Source: Trichoplax sp. H2 (taxonomy: Eukaryota). From it: a stretch of DNA of 58,346 nt. Positions 12,587 to 26,901 of this stretch are shown in pieces; positions within the stretch are counted from its first letter, which is position 1; the number at the start of each line of letters is the position of its first letter. The DNA lies in contig NOWV01000301.1 in assembly GCA_003344405.1 (NCBI GenBank), forward strand, positions 1-58,346, read 5' to 3'. The position numbers and the translations under genes are program-made. The notes under the pieces were generated by a model. The model was given only the letters and a program-made list of their open reading frames with translations, made no database searches and was not told the DNA's origin.

Positions 12587-14409
12587 AGAGTCTTCTTTGC
12601 GGCTTCTAGATTTTATATTGCTCCAACACAGTCTCTTTTTCTATACTGTTACTCGATCACATTATCGATTTTTAGTCCATCTAGTGATTACATTAAATTA
12701 GATGAGTGTGTTCTTTTGACTATTTTGATTCTTGTGACCTATTAACTTCGGTATTGCCATTTACTATTTTAATTTTAATTCTATTACCATATTCTTATTT
12801 TATACCAATTAATGAAGCCACTTTGGCCTTGATAGTTGATTATTTAGTATCTACCTACTTGTCAGTATAGTAAGCTACAAGTCTGATCATAGCATATCAC
12901 CTTTACTTCATTCTCGTTTTATTCTACGGATTTTAACTCACTGTTAATTATTTTTGAGTTTACATATTGCTATCTAGAAAGGCTGGATTAAGAAAATATT
13001 GTTAATAAATGAAGGTTACTCATTTCATTCACTGCAATTGGTGATACAACGACCCAGAAATTTCCGTAGTTCGCTGAATATAATGGGGAGATGCTTACTA
13101 CAATTTCACTAAATAACGATGGCGTTGGAGGCAAGAAAAGGTTTGCTATGAGAAAGAGCAGACTAGAGAAGAAGACTCAAATTAGCAATCCTACTTACAA
13201 TCATAAAGAGGCGGGAGCTAAGAATGATTTAATTCCTGGCGAATGGATACCAATTGTATAGAATTTACTTTACTGAAATATAAGTTTAGACATATGCACA
13301 ATAAGTAAGAGTGTTTAAAATGATATCTACAAGTATATAAAGATCATCTCAACAATAAATGTCACCGGTCTGTGCTCATATAAAGTTGCCATTTAGGCAT
13401 AGCGTTTTAACGAAGTGACCATCATACGTAAAACTATCATATGGTATCAGTCTCACAACTATTCGTATATCAGCAGTAGTTATGCAATTTCTGTTGCATG
13501 TCCATAGCAGTTATCTACTGTATCTTCATTAGTTGGACGTAGATTCTAAGGGCTTAGAGCTTCGTTGGTGTCCATGAAGTTGTGTAGTATTTGCGAATAT
13601 TGAAATCCCTGTTGTACGTGTCTACTTTTGTGCGGAAATAGAGCAAAATATGGCAAGTAGTAATGATGCTAATTCTGTCTCTCTGCTGCAGTTTACAAGC
13701 TCACAATTCCTTACTGTATACAGTATTTATTTTGTTTATTTTTAAAAAATTAATACGCTATCGCGGTCCATGTCTTTACTTCACTTAATTGTAGCATGTA
13801 ACACTTCAGTATTTCCCTGATAGTTTCCGAAATAATTGAACGCTTTTCCTACAAGAGTCTTTTGTGTAATCATTTCATTTACGGACGATTTCAAACTTGA
13901 GCTAAGTATTCTATTCATGCTACGCAAATGCTTCTATTCTAGACTAAACTTGCAGAATTGCAATGCTTTACTATACAAGTCCATGAGTTAGCTATAGCAT
14001 GGATTACTAAAGGTTTCCTTGTAGTAGTCCATTGCTACAGCAATCCGCAGATTGATGCAGTACTACAATTGTCCTTGGACTAACATCATCTTTGCACGTA
14101 TAAGTACTTGTACTGATATAAACATTTTCTATCAATAAAGAGAGTAGGAGTTAGTCGTTAGTTTTACCAGGGACTACTAAAAAGATTTTACATTAAGTTT
14201 ACTTAAACTACATGTCCACCACACTTGCTCCTTTGCCAGTTTAGCCATTTTTTGCTAGCCGTATCCATTACAACCCGAGGGTTACCCGTCCTGCCATCCG
14301 TAGGTCTGAACTGAATTTTACAGGGTACTGCCTAATACAACTCATCCTGCATCTACTGTACCTTACACCATTATTATACAATCCAGTCATCGGCATTTGG
14401 TTATCCATG

Positions 14410-14630
14410 GTACTGTACTGTACTGTACCGTACCGTACCAGTCCCAGATCGTACGTTACGGTACTGTCCGATGCTATGGTTTACTATAAGCTTTACTGCC
14501 GTACTGTACAGTACTGTACCGTAAAGAGCTGGTTTACAATCAATAGTAAAGCTGTATTAAAGTTTTCGTACACACGTGTACCGTACCGCACCATACCATA
14601 CCGTTCCGCATCGGACCGTAACGTACTGTT
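14410..14630. promoter_or_regulatory. TACTG/TACCG/CAGTA pentamer low-complexity tract upstream of the ACL4-like gene (putative promoter)
   Basis: GTACTGTACTGTACTGTACCGTACCGTACC etc., lying ~220-440 bp upstream of ATG 14848. The same tract type recurs at other 5' ends in the window. Confidence 0.55.
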
Positions 14631-14847
14631 ATGGTGCTGTGCAAGCTGAACAGGAGCAACTTCGCAACGGCCTCATTGTCCAGGAGCAGGAAGCAAAGGC
14701 AAAAACTCTGCAAATCTCAAACATCTCCAGCGATTCTGGCCTGCCTAGTGATCAATTCAACTAATTCGATCACTTTTAATTTCTCTTCCAGTGTTGGATG
14801 GAGCCAGGGAATAACCAGTATACCAAGTCATACATCATTTAAATAAT

Positions 14848-17383
14848 ATGCCTAATTCAAAGAAGCGTAAGCATCGCACGAAACCAGGTACTTTCTATGC
14901 TACTGCTTGCAAAGCAATTGCTGTAAGAAGTACATTTTGCAGTAAATTTTAGTCCATGAAATTGGACTTGATCTGAGCTATAGATACCTTTTTTATCATG
15001 ATTGTGCAGTACGTCATAGCATAAAACTAACATAACGTGGATGATAAGCCCGTGCTAAGTTTCTAACTCACTCAATTCAGTATAGATATGTACTGTAGGA
15101 GTATTATAATAGGTGCTATTCATGATGACTAATTCGTTCAGTATAGCTAAATTCATCCCATGGCTTTGTAAAGAGAAATTTTCGACATGGGCTTACGAGT
15201 TATAGTCATGCAGTATGTATTTGACACACAGTTAGCATACGAACAGCATACTGAAGGTAAAACTTATGACAATGGTTCATGGATGCAACCCTTTTTTAGC
15301 TAATAGTTTCAAATCACTACTGTATGGCAATTGCCTTCTACGATTGGATTCACTAGCAGGACTATCAATGCACAAGACTAAAATAATGCTCGCGTAACAT
15401 CGCTTTACAATTGACTAGACGCTTAGTGCTCGTCTTAGTTAGCTGAGATAGTGTACGTAGATGCTTTAAAGATGCGGTCATCATCAGCTTACTATGATTC
15501 TTTGTCATTGTAAATGATTAGGCCATAAAGAGCAGGTAAAGCCGACGAGCAAGTACAGTGTAGAAGATTTACTGGAAAGGGTAAGAGATTGCGTTATGTG
15601 GTAGAATTTCTGTACTGACTGATGACCCTGACATGTAAGAAATTGTTTTTAGGCTACCCAATGTCTGGAGCAATTTCAGTTCGAATTAGCATGTAAGTTC
15701 TGTGAGCGTGCATTGGAATCGCAACCTCAGAGTCTGCAGGCTTTAGAAACTTATGCGCCTATTTTACTGGAATTAGGAGATGTAGAGAAAGCTCACGATG
15801 TAAGATCCTATTATAATACGTACATATGTATACTATTTCTTGATAGATTTCTACCTTTTAAATCAACTAGCAATGACGAGTTTTTACCTACTCTCGAATC
15901 GCTAATTATAATAAAGTAAAATTTTCTTTTTATATGTGTAGTGTTTTCAGCAACTGATTAAATTGTCTCCTGATACTGGCCATGAAAAGTACATGTATTT
16001 AGGCCAGATGTGTGGCGGAGCTGACGCAGTGGGCTACTTCAAGAAAGGAATCGATATTTTAAAAGTGGAGGTTGATTTCATATCAGTCTACTCCTTTTAT
16101 TATTAACTATGATATAATTAGTTTATCTCATTGATCAACAGTTACAACAAAGTAGTTCAGGGGCATCCAGCGTCAATCAGTTAAATCACTCACAGGAAAT
16201 TTCTAGAGCTTATTGTTCTTTGGCTGAGATATACCTTACAGACTGCTGGTAAAATTTAAAAATTTAATTTTAATTTTATGCCTTATCTCTAGTCATATTT
16301 TTAAAATTAGTAAATGCTGGCTCTGACTAAGTAACCCCAATTTTACTAGCTTTGATGACAATGCTGCGGAACTGTGTGAGAGTTATTGTCGTAGCGCCAT
16401 TGAATATGATGCTAAGAATGCAGAAGCTTACCAACTTCTGGCAAGTTGTCTTCTAAGTCAAGACCAAACCGATGTAAGGTTCTATCACCTACGGTATTGC
16501 CGTGATGCATTATATAGTAGATGCCTGACTTTATTGTAAACTCTTTATTGCATTTTACAAATGATCTTTATATAGAACGCTAAAGAATACATGCAAAAGA
16601 GCATAGCTTTATGGCTGCCCGCTTGTAAGGATATTGAGAACGATAATGAAGATATTGAGGTATCATAATATCGTATTTAAATTGAAGGGCTTTTTAGGAG
16701 TCGTTTTTAAGCCAATTAATCATTAAAACTATACTTGCCAGGAGAACTGCCTGATTCCAAATTACGATTCGCGTATTTCTAGCGCAAAGCTCTTAATAGA
16801 ACTAGAACAATATGAAGTATGTAGAATTATGTACCAAGTTCTTTGCCTTGTCCTTACTTTGTCAACTAGCCAGTAACTGTAAGTGTACTTTTCACTTAAT
16901 TAGCAAGCTGGTGAAATCTTAGATAGATTATTACAAGAAGACGATGAAGTAGTCCAGGTAATACGATACTAGATATGGAATATGTTGATTAGTACTGATT
17001 AGATTACTGCTACAACGTTCAACAATGCTTTTATGTCTGTAAAATCAGGTTTGGTACCTACTAGGATGGTTACATTATTTAGAAAATGACACTGTAGCTG
17101 CTAGACAACATCTAGAAATGGCTCAGAAGGTTATTAGAGCACATTATTCTAATGTTATGCTCTTGACTATTTGAATAATATAATAGATATCTATGATTTC
17201 CTCTCTTTAACTTAATAGCTCAGCGAAAAGTTTCAGTGCGATGATAGTAAGGTGAATGAACATATTCAAGAACTTTTACAAGAGATACCAGATCATGACG
17301 TTGTAGCAGACCGCGACTTAGAAAGTGAAGATGATGAACATCCAATGGAAATGGATGATTCACCAGTTGGTGATACTGCGTAG
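14848..17383 (+). CDS. ACL4: Assembly chaperone of RPL4-like TPR protein
   Basis: Multi-exon: MPNSKKRKHRTKPG...FQFELACKFCERALESQPQ...LSPDTGHEKYMYLGQMCGGADAVGYFKKGI...SRAYCSLAEIYLTDCCFDDNAAELCE...NAEAYQLLASCLLSQ...PNYDSRISSAKLLIELEQY...LLQEDDEVVQVWYLLGWLHY, then an acidic tail and TAG at 17381-17383. These motifs are characteristic of the Acl4 family. Confidence 0.88.
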
Positions 17384-18378
17384 TGTACAATATGTATATA
17401 TATACTTACATATACAGTATAATGACTGCTGCAGTTGCGCAAGGTTAGGCTTTTATGGTTTATTACTCTGCAGGTTACCGATAAACAAATACTATCGGGT
17501 TATGCAGACAAGTTAAAGATAAAATTTTTCAATAATGTCTATTATGTAACTACTTTTAATAATACTGGAGAAATAGTGCTCTTGGTTTTTACATATAATA
17601 TACTTTAATTTTGTATTATCGCGACAGCTCTATGTAATAAATAAAACAATCCAGTATCCTTCCATATGGATCAATAAAATTTCAGCAAGATTCTATATAG
17701 ATCAACTATGGCAGAATGTGCCACATTAAATTAACTCTATTTTAAAGCAAGTCAAGCCTTTGTCTGCACTTAAATATTTGATTTCGATGTGCCATATTAA
17801 TTAAAAAAATATATAATTGTATTTGTTGACTTTGTGTGCCTAAGCGTTGTGCTTAAATGATCTATATATCGTGTTACTGAATTTCGCAAGTCTGGCATAC
17901 CTACCGTCATTTTGTGTTTCTTGCCTACGTTTGCTTGCATAAGGCAAAAATGTATAAGTCTTTTTTAACATGTAGTAACTGGCGCCTTATAAAACACCGT
18001 ATGATATTTCATATTTTGAAATCCTTCACAAAATAAGGAAAGCAAGCTACTAAACAAGCAAACTAGGATTCCTAGATTATTATATTACAATACATTTAGG
18101 AATACGCGTACAGTAAACTGCCGCATCTAACCCGTCGATACGGTTTGATAGTATCCAAGTTGACAGATCAAGCAATTCTATCGAAAATATGCGTACAACT
18201 TGGCAATGGTCGCTCTTTAAGTCATGTTACGGCGTTAATCCTTAATATTTATAAAATAAATTAATGGTTGCCGTTATGCTATAACAATTTTCTTGAATAA
18301 TCATAGCTTCGCATAGTGAAGGATGCTGAAATACGGCGTCTTATTTGAAATATACTCGTATAATTCACCCGGTGACGT

Positions 18379-20381
18379 TTACACTGCATTCGCAGCCAAA
18401 GCAGACATCTCTGATAATTTTTCGACAACCTTGTAAAATGAGAGAAGGAATAAAGAAAATATATTTTTTGTTATCGATGGAACACTATTGGATAATAATA
18501 TTAGTAAATTATGTATACCTCGTTTATTTCAGGTCGATCATTAGGATTGACAACCAATAAGAATTTGATCAAATTTAACAGATGATCAGAGTAGCTATGG
18601 TAAAACATTGGATAGATATTTTTGATACGTTTATCTTGAGTCATTGCATATTTCATTGAATATATGACGTCGAAAAAGCCACGAAAAATTGTGAAATTGA
18701 TCAAATACCTCGGATTGGGAGGAATTTCATATTTTCCGGATACTATGGCAAGCGATAGGCTACCACCTCTTTCGTTAACTTGAAATTCAAACGGTGATTG
18801 CAAAAAGGCCATAGAGTATAGTAAACAACCTAGAGACTATGATGAGCAAAATTCAAATCAGGTGCATCTTTTACAGTTCAAGAGACTGCAGAAGATGAGC
18901 AAAGATTACGTCAGCGCCTACTAACCCACACATCTATTTTCTCATCTATTCCACATACATCGCTGGATATATTGAATAGCTCGGGTGCTCTGTAAGCCAT
19001 GGTGCACTTTTGAGCGGCTGTGTCCTATAATACGGGTATAGTCAATGTTAACATTTTCATTAGAAGGATACCTCTGACCCTATGGTTTTTACTGCGTCTG
19101 ATAAAAATACCTCCATCTTCATGGCGTCCATATGAGTCTTAATTTCAATTCGAGCTGCCTCCATAGAACCAAAGTCCATTAGCATAGGATTGTCATTTTC
19201 ATCAATTAATATATTACCAGGTTTAATGTCTCTGTGTGCATAAGGTATAGCTCTTGATTTGTGTAAATGTTGAACAGCAAGGCAGACATCATAGAATATA
19301 CGAAATATATAATCTTCGCTGAAGTAACTTTTGGTGGTCGAGGCCTTGTTAATAATATCATAAAGGTTACCTCCCTACGCCAGCAATAAATCGGTACAAA
19401 AAAATGCGGATTTAAAGATTGACTCTTCAACGTATACTCTATCAAAATGAATACTTTATCATGTCATAACACATGAATGCTAGATGATTATGGAACAACT
19501 TACCGTCAATAATGGTAGAAGCATTAATATTTCAACAGGCTTTCCCACAGACATTGGTCTTATAACCGATGAATCAATAATGCTAATTAAATTGGGATGA
19601 TTAAACATCTTGTAGAAATCGATTTCTTTCGACGCAGCACGTTCTGCGCATTTATCATGGCATTTGATCCTCTTCAGCGCAAATTTTTGACCAGTTTCGA
19701 CATCAACAGCCAAATCGACAAAACTGTAGCCTCTGTTCAAGAACAATTATAATTTAATCGACCATGAATGGAAACTTGTATTATAAACAAGACAGCGGTT
19801 GTAGACCTATCGATAGCAATTGCAGTTCAACCTAAACCTTATGATAAATACACTTTACTGCGATATAATCTCATTTACTTCAGTTTATCAAGTACATTCT
19901 AAGTTATAAGAAGTCATCGATTGAATTGAGCTATTCTTTGAGCATTGACTAAGTAGCATCCGATGTTATAAAGTGGCTGCGGCAACGTATATTGAGTCAT
20001 TCGATCAATTTCAAATCGAAGACTAAGCTTGAAAATCATACACAGGAAACGATAATAATTAACCTACATCGCCATGTCAAATTGTAGCGTTATTTTATGC
20101 TAATTATCACTTCGACATGCACACTAGCTAGTCATGAATTTGCATTGTACTACTTGTATAAACACGTAGATATGCAATATTCTGCCGCCAAGTATGCCGA
20201 TGAAAGATGGATGATAACGGCCCATCTGGTATCCGACATGATTGAATTACAATGGATTATTTCAAGTTTCCTTATGTAAGAAACAACAAAATTGATGCAA
20301 TTACCCTTCTCCTATACGATTTTTGACCCTGACAAGGTGGTTGTTCACTTGCAGTCGCCCAGTAGTTTGATAGCATCCCAT
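18379..20381 (-). CDS. STK16: Serine/threonine kinase 16 (MPSK1, NAK family)
   Basis: N-terminal MGC acylation motif. IGEGGYSFVDLA, FALKRIKCHD, HPNL, YAHRDIKPGN, LMDFGS, AAQKCTMAYRAPELF, IDEKIDVWSLGCLLYSMAFLQSPF, GGSLSLAIVSG. TAA at 18379-18381. Confidence 0.93.
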
Positions 20382-20509
20382 GATAGCTCATTCCGAAGGT
20401 GGTGGTAGAAATGAAAATTGCCAAGATTTCACTTGAGCCGGAGATGAAGAAAGTGACACGATAGCCAGCCCAGGGAAACTGCTGTTACACTCACAAACTG
20501 TGCGTCCGG

Positions 20510-20733
20510 TCCGGTACAGTGACTACCGTCCGTAGGATACCAGTTGAGACTAGTTGGGACTAGTTGCGACAGCCTTTCACCTACAGTACAGTACTGTAGA
20601 GTTGAAGCTTTTCACCTTACGGTGATACAGTACTGTACTGTACTGTACTGTACTGTATATCTCGACTTGAGACCGTTCCAGTACTACTGTACTGTACAGT
20701 ACCTGTATACTGTACTGTACTGTACAGTACTGT
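20510..20733. promoter_or_regulatory. TACTG/CAGTA pentamer tract in the STK16/YBEY divergent intergenic region (putative bidirectional promoter)
   Basis: (TACTG)n runs such as CAGTACTGTACTGTACTGTACTGTACTGTA, between ATG 20381 (-) and ATG 21163 (+). Confidence 0.6.
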
Positions 20734-21162
20734 AATTAAAGGATCTTTTAGGTCCGAATATAGGCAATTCACTGGCCTCAACACTCAGTCAACAGTCATG
20801 TACTCAGTCCTGCTCCAGTCCAAAGTATTGTAAATGAAAAGCTTTGTATTGTAGGCAGACTACGACGGACATTGACTGGACTTATGACACGGATCGACTG
20901 AGTGCCTTGACCCTCCGATTAGCCCACGTAGGGAACGCAGCCTGAACTATTTTACTCATCGTTTCTAATACGGAACAAGGCATCGAATAATTCTAACTAG
21001 TTTTTGACTTGATAGACTGAGTTGTTAGGGATACTATACTGATCATAGAGCGCGTCAGACAACCATCCAAGTACCATGGTGATAGACAGATGCATGTTAA
21101 GACTTTTGCAATGGACCTGGAATGATTGGCAATGGTAGCTTCCATACCTGGCTAGAAATGAA

Positions 21163-23137
21163 ATGGTCACTTTCTCTACCTTCAAGCTTGCCACTGTTTT
21201 AATAAGAAATACTCAAAGAGCTGTTCGACTCGATGTCAAGCTATTCGATCAACATGTTCAACAGTTAATGAGATTATTTGAGCTACAACAATTCGACGTA
21301 GCTGTTCTTCTAATTGGACAAGCCAAAATGGCTGAAATAAATACACGATTTAATCCTGATGCAAAAGATGCCACAGATATTTTATCATTCCCATTTCATG
21401 AAGTAAGTCGTCCAATTTGGATAGAAGAGATTCAATTCAGTGACGGTTGTGCTGTGTTGAAAAATCAAACCATTACTTTTGTAAACATGCTATTGCATTT
21501 ACTACTCGGTTTACACAGTCTCTTGCATTCCTAAAATACGCTCATTTTCTGGTCCTTGCTAGCGTACAGTATGCAGCGCCTATTTGTTGGAATGATTTAT
21601 TCTACAGCCTAAGTGGAGAGTAATGGAGGATAAAATTTCTAGTCAACAGTCTCCTTCAGTAAATCACAATCTCGATTCTTTGTCTCTATTGTACAGCCAT
21701 GATAGACAATCTTTGCACAAGTAGTACTGAACTTGCATTAGGTTTTCGTAATGCTTAGCATTAAACGGATGTAGCTAGGCCATAAGTAGCATAATCGTGA
21801 AAATGTTACAACCTATAGTGCAATGATTACATCAATGTGTTGATGCAAATTGACGCATTAACGATCTGCAATGGCCTCCTCATAATACAAGTCATTGCTA
21901 TGATAGAACTGTACCAAGACGTTTATTGTCGTAAATTATAATTTTATCCTTAATAGAATCTACGAGCTAGTCTTTCTTCGAAGTCAATATTACCTTGGGA
22001 GTGTGATTTAGGTGATATTTTCATTTGTCCAAAAATGATTTGTCAAAGATTTGATAAAAGTATACTGCAGGAACAGTTACCGGTAAGTTGGAAATTAAAC
22101 GATATCATCATGATTTCATCACGATTTTAATTTAAGCCAGCACTATAAACAACTCAAAACGGGACGAGTCTTGCAGGATCCGTTCATTCATACTGTAATT
22201 AGAAAATTTCCTGTCAATCGCTGGAGTATTAGTCTCGATAAAATAATGTTGAAATGTTCATTAACTTACTATAAATTCATGACATTATGCAAAAATATAC
22301 TTTCCTGCAGCAGTCAGTAATCTAGATTTGTAACAGCGAAGAAGTTGCTTACTTGCTGAATTACAGCGGTAATCTATAAGTCAAGCATGCCTTACTGTAA
22401 TAGTTTAATTTCAGGGATTAATATTTTCATTACTCTCTTTATCCACGTAAATCACGCCTATAAAAACAGATAAGAATGCAATATTGTACAAGTACTACAG
22501 TTGCTAAACATACTTTCCATCGACTTAATAACGCAAGACATAAATATATACGTGTACATGAGTTTCACGACGATAACTAGAGGCTAAACCATCATACAGT
22601 ATATATGTTATGCTTTTTATTAATAGTTTTATTTGTAGACCTGCATAGGAAATAGCATACACATATAGATACACTGTACAGTATATGGTTGTTAAAATAT
22701 TTATCAATTTAAAGTTTCGAGTAGATTTTTACCAACAATTCGTTGATTAATTATATGATAGGTTTACGTTACTCATGGGATATGTCACTTGCTAGGCTAT
22801 ATACATGATGACGAAAAATCACAAATTGAGGTACAATTATTAAATTTCCATCTTGTACTTTCTAGTCGTTAGCACTTAAACAGAATACTTGTATGGCAAT
22901 TGGAAAGATAAATGATAAGCCTGAATTTAATGTAGGCAATGGTTATCAAACTATGAATTAATACACTATGATGTATTATGTTTGATTACAATCAATAATA
23001 TCATGATTTTGCACTCGTTTGTAATGTGGCTTTGTTACAATTAATAGATGCATATTAAAGAAAGGGATATCTTGGAGAAGTTTAACCGTGCTAATGGATA
23101 TTATTGTCTTCCTTTAACACCGCCTTCAAATAAATGA
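21163..23137 (+). CDS. YBEY: Endoribonuclease / rRNA maturation factor YbeY
   Basis: Exons 21163-21402, 21957-22082, 22762-22830, 23048-23137. Motifs LIRNTQR, MAEINTRF, ATDILSFPFHE, LGDIFICP, and the metal-binding VTHGICHLLGYIH (H-x3-H-x5-H). Confidence 0.93.
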
Positions 23138-24366
23138 GAGCTGACAAGCATACTGAAACGAAAACGACTTCAATAAAGTATAACTATTAAATTGACATAT
23201 ATAAGGAAGTGAAAATCTGTAATATACTACTGCATCTAGTGTATGACTAACAATGTTTATTTACATGGTTGCTGTGCGGTGTTTAGAAGTGTATTAACAC
23301 TATTCCGATATTGTCCGTTCATTCGCGAGATTATGTCAATGCCACTAATTTAAATATTGACCATGTATGATAACTTTATTAGTAGGTTCATCCAATATTG
23401 TACTAAGTAATATGTAGAATTACTCCGGTTGCTGGTCTAAAAATATTTTTCAAATAACATCTTTTTACAAAAAATGCTTGTGAAAAAATACTTGCAATAC
23501 TTGGCTTCTTTATGCATGTGTATTGTTCAAGAGTTGTATTAGAGCGTGGTGGTAAGACATTTTATACTTTACTTTTGTTGTAATATAATAACCCTACCAT
23601 TGAAAATTATTTTATTGCCCTATTTTCTATCTTTTTTAATTTCATATTGTTTTCATTATGACTGCTATTACGTAGCAATAAAAAAACATCCTGGAATAAT
23701 AGCATCTTTATCAATTACAAAATGTAGCAGTAATTATATCTTAGTAAACACTAACTGGCAGTCAAATATGAAAACAACCACAATTGCAAGATTAATTTTA
23801 TTTTTAATATCAAAATAAGAGAACTTTATTTAGTTTTTGTATATAAAGGTTGGTTTTGCAATAACTTAGCAGTAGAAATAATACACAGTTACTTCCACTT
23901 GTCACATAGAAATTATATAGCAGGATAAAGACTAGCACAATGAATAATAGGTACAATACTATTAAAAGAGTCTTGTACAGTTGGGTTTAAAGACAAATTG
24001 CTAATGTCTGACCTTTTAAGTTATCTAGAAAGACTTTAATAACGTCAAGAGCAAAAAAAAAAGATTACTTATAAATCGACTAGAACTTTACATCTATTAA
24101 TGTATTATTATTATGATTATGCGACAAAATTCTCTCTCATGCAGTCAAATCATCAACAATTTTTCTGTTTATATTCATACGAGTAACTTATACACATCGA
24201 TATGAATAAATCACAGTCTAGTTAAAAAGTTACACGTAATAAAAGTTGGCTTCAAGTTAATTCTATATCGTCATATTGTTATTTAACAGCAAGTCCAGCA
24301 GTGATTCAATCAGTTGCATGCATAATTTGATCTTATGATTTACTTCATGATTTTTATGACAATGAG

Positions 24367-26901
24367 TTAATTATTGTCAACGTCAACGACGTTGTTTTGA
24401 AATTCGCCTTCAACGTTACCTTTAGGGCTGTAATATGCGACAACAACGGTTTTACTATTCTTTTTCGACACTCCAATTCCAATTTCTTTGCTACCAGACC
24501 AAATCATTTGCGTGAATTTGGCAGCTTTGCTTTTGTAGCCAGGAAGTGTAAAGTCGTACTCTTCCTTTTGGTTATAGAAATCGTCAGCTACTTTCTTGCC
24601 TGAAATCTCAGGGACAGTTTTCTTAAAGGAAAATATTCCCATACTATCTCCAACATCATTATCTTCATCATTTCGAATAACCTTGCCTTCCTGGGCAATA
24701 TTATCAGTCCACGTCTTCGCTTTGTCTGCTAAGTCATTACACCAAGATAATGCTGACGATCCATGCATACGACGATATTTGTTATGTGCTTTGAAACAAT
24801 CTTTTTGTAACTTGTCCAATTCACCATCTAATTTAAAATGAATACGAGAAGGCGATTAGGGAAGTTTAGATTCGAATAAAAAAGAGTAAAAAATGGTCAT
24901 TTTAATGATATTTCTATTGTAATGAAGAACAGTAAGCATCTATCTAGCTTGAACTATTAACAGATGTGATTTTAAATGAACTAAATTAAGTTACTACAGA
25001 TTAATGACATAAGTCATACCATCTATCTCATTTCTATCACATTACTACATAGGTGAAAGAAAAAAAGAATGACATCTCGTCAAGGTAGTAACAATTATCG
25101 CCATTTACCTGGATCGGCTACTTCTTCGTCAGTTATGCTCTCATCAACAACTTTTACATTCGTTTCAAATTCTCCTTCCTTGTTGCCGCGAGGTGAATAC
25201 AGTGCTACAATGATCGATTGACCATCAGGGGTACATTGATGAGCGATACCGATCTTTTCTGTAGATGCCCAAACAAGCTGACTAAAGTGTTGAGCACTAT
25301 TAATAAATCCAGGTAATTCAAAGTTGTAGAGGTCTTTTTCATTGTACCACATTCTCGCGATCATATCTCCTGAAACGCCATCATCATTGCCATCACTTTC
25401 AACTAAGTACATGGCTAAGCTTTCACCGTATTCATCTACGGGAGTAGTTTTGATGCTTTCTTCATCAATAAGGTCGTTAGCTTTTTGTTGAGCTTTGGCC
25501 GCCAACTCGGTCGACCAAGCTAATGGTTCAGACTTATGTTTGGTACGATACTCATTTATTTCTATCAAGAAATCGTTCTTGAATCCTGTCAATTCGGTAT
25601 CTAAACAAAATAGATAGCAATTCCCGGAGTTAATTTAAGAGATGATTAAATCCGTATACTAGCGCTACCAGCAGCAACAAGAGTATTGCAATGGATCAAT
25701 TTTGTATTGTATAATATATATGTATAACTATCAGTATAATACTCAGTTACCAAATAAATAGATCATAAGATTTTGTTAATATTATTATAAAAGTGAAAAT
25801 GATATAAAAGTATATTATGATTGTGTACTACGTAGTAGAAAGATGATTTTCGCTACCAGCATTATTATTACAACTAGTAAGTCTACAAAAGATATTGTAA
25901 TTACGCTAATAAATAACAAGCAAAACAGTTAATAAAAATTTCACTAAGCATTCAAATAATATGAAAACGCGTTTTTCACTCCATTAATTTGATCAGCTGT
26001 ATATCTACCTAAATTTCAGTTTACAGTCAATTAGCCGTAAGCGCGTATCTTAACAATTTATATTATTCAACGTGCCTAAACTTACTATCTATACAGCGCT
26101 GTAAATATATTTATTATTTATTTTTTTTCCCCCAATAGCTTACGAAATTACTACAATTGTTTTCGTCATTATTGATGAAGAAATCTTACCTGGTACATTA
26201 AGCGTGGCTGCGATAACGCCTGCTTCTGATTGACTATCAGCTTTATCGGCTTCATTAGATACTTCTTGCTCGTTACTTTCTGCAGCTGCAACCGATCCTT
26301 TTCCTACAGATTTTACTTCTTCCGCAGCCTCATTACTTTGTTCTTGGGCTGTCTCTTGCGCCGTCTCTTGCGCTGTGTCTTGGGCCGTCTCTAGGGCCGT
26401 CTCTTGGGCTGCCTCTTGCGTTGTCTCTTGTGTCGTCTCTGGTGTTGCTTCTTCTTTCACACTAACAGAATCTTGTTTTTCAGAAGTTGCTACAGATTCT
26501 TCTGCGGCAGGAGCGTCTGTAGTTGACTTATTATCGGTAGTATCTTCCTTGGCCTGTTCTGTCGGTACTTCGTTGGTTTCTTCTTCCTTTACCTCTTCCT
26601 TGACTTCTTCTGCAATAGTCGGTTCTGCTGTTGTTTCTACCGGCTCTTCTTTCTGTTCTTCAGGTGATTGCTGTTGAGTTTCGGCTACCTCTTCTTTTTT
26701 CTCTTCAGGAGGAGGAGGAGGTGATTCCGCTTTCTTAACTTCTTCCACCGGTTTAACTTCTTCTTTAGGTGGTTCTTTAACGGGTACTGAATTGGATGCC
26801 TGTGGCTTGACTGGCTCTTCAGTTTTTTTCGGTGCCGCTTGTGGCTGGCGCCCTTGTTGAGCAGCCGATACATTGGTCGCTTTGGAATCGCCACAACCCA
26901 T
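24367..26901 (-). CDS. N-acylated protein with acidic low-complexity N-terminal region and two tandem CAP/SCP domains (GLIPR2/GAPR-1-like)
   Basis: Exons 26901-26190, 25600-25109, 24827-24367, joined by phase-1 introns. Starts MGCGDSK. CAP1: INEYRTKHKSEPLAWS...MWYNE...QHFSQLVWASTEKIGIA...VALYSPRGN. CAP2: AHNKYRRMHG...KFTQMIWSGSKEIGIG...VVAYYSPKGN. Confidence 0.88.
26341..26445 (-). repeat. Coding 12-bp minisatellite encoding (Q-E-T-A/T)n
   Basis: About 8 imperfect units such as CAAGAGACGGCG/CAAGAGACAGCC, giving PETTQETTQEAAQETALETAQDTAQETAQETAQE. Confidence 0.8.

Noticed and set aside
13091..13261. 56-aa ORF MLTTISLNNDGVGGKKRF...
   Set aside because: Short, with no recognisable motif or linking splice sites.
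13480..14248. Possible minus-strand gene diverging from the ACL4 promoter (ATG at 14248, MAKLAKEQVWWTCSL)
   Set aside because: No splice combination gave a long or recognisable ORF. At most an unsupported antisense or non-coding transcript.
14407..14846. Short ORFs rich in Y/C/T/V here and at 20544, 38277-39061 and 57073-58146
   Set aside because: Translations of the TACTG pentamer promoter tracts, not proteins.
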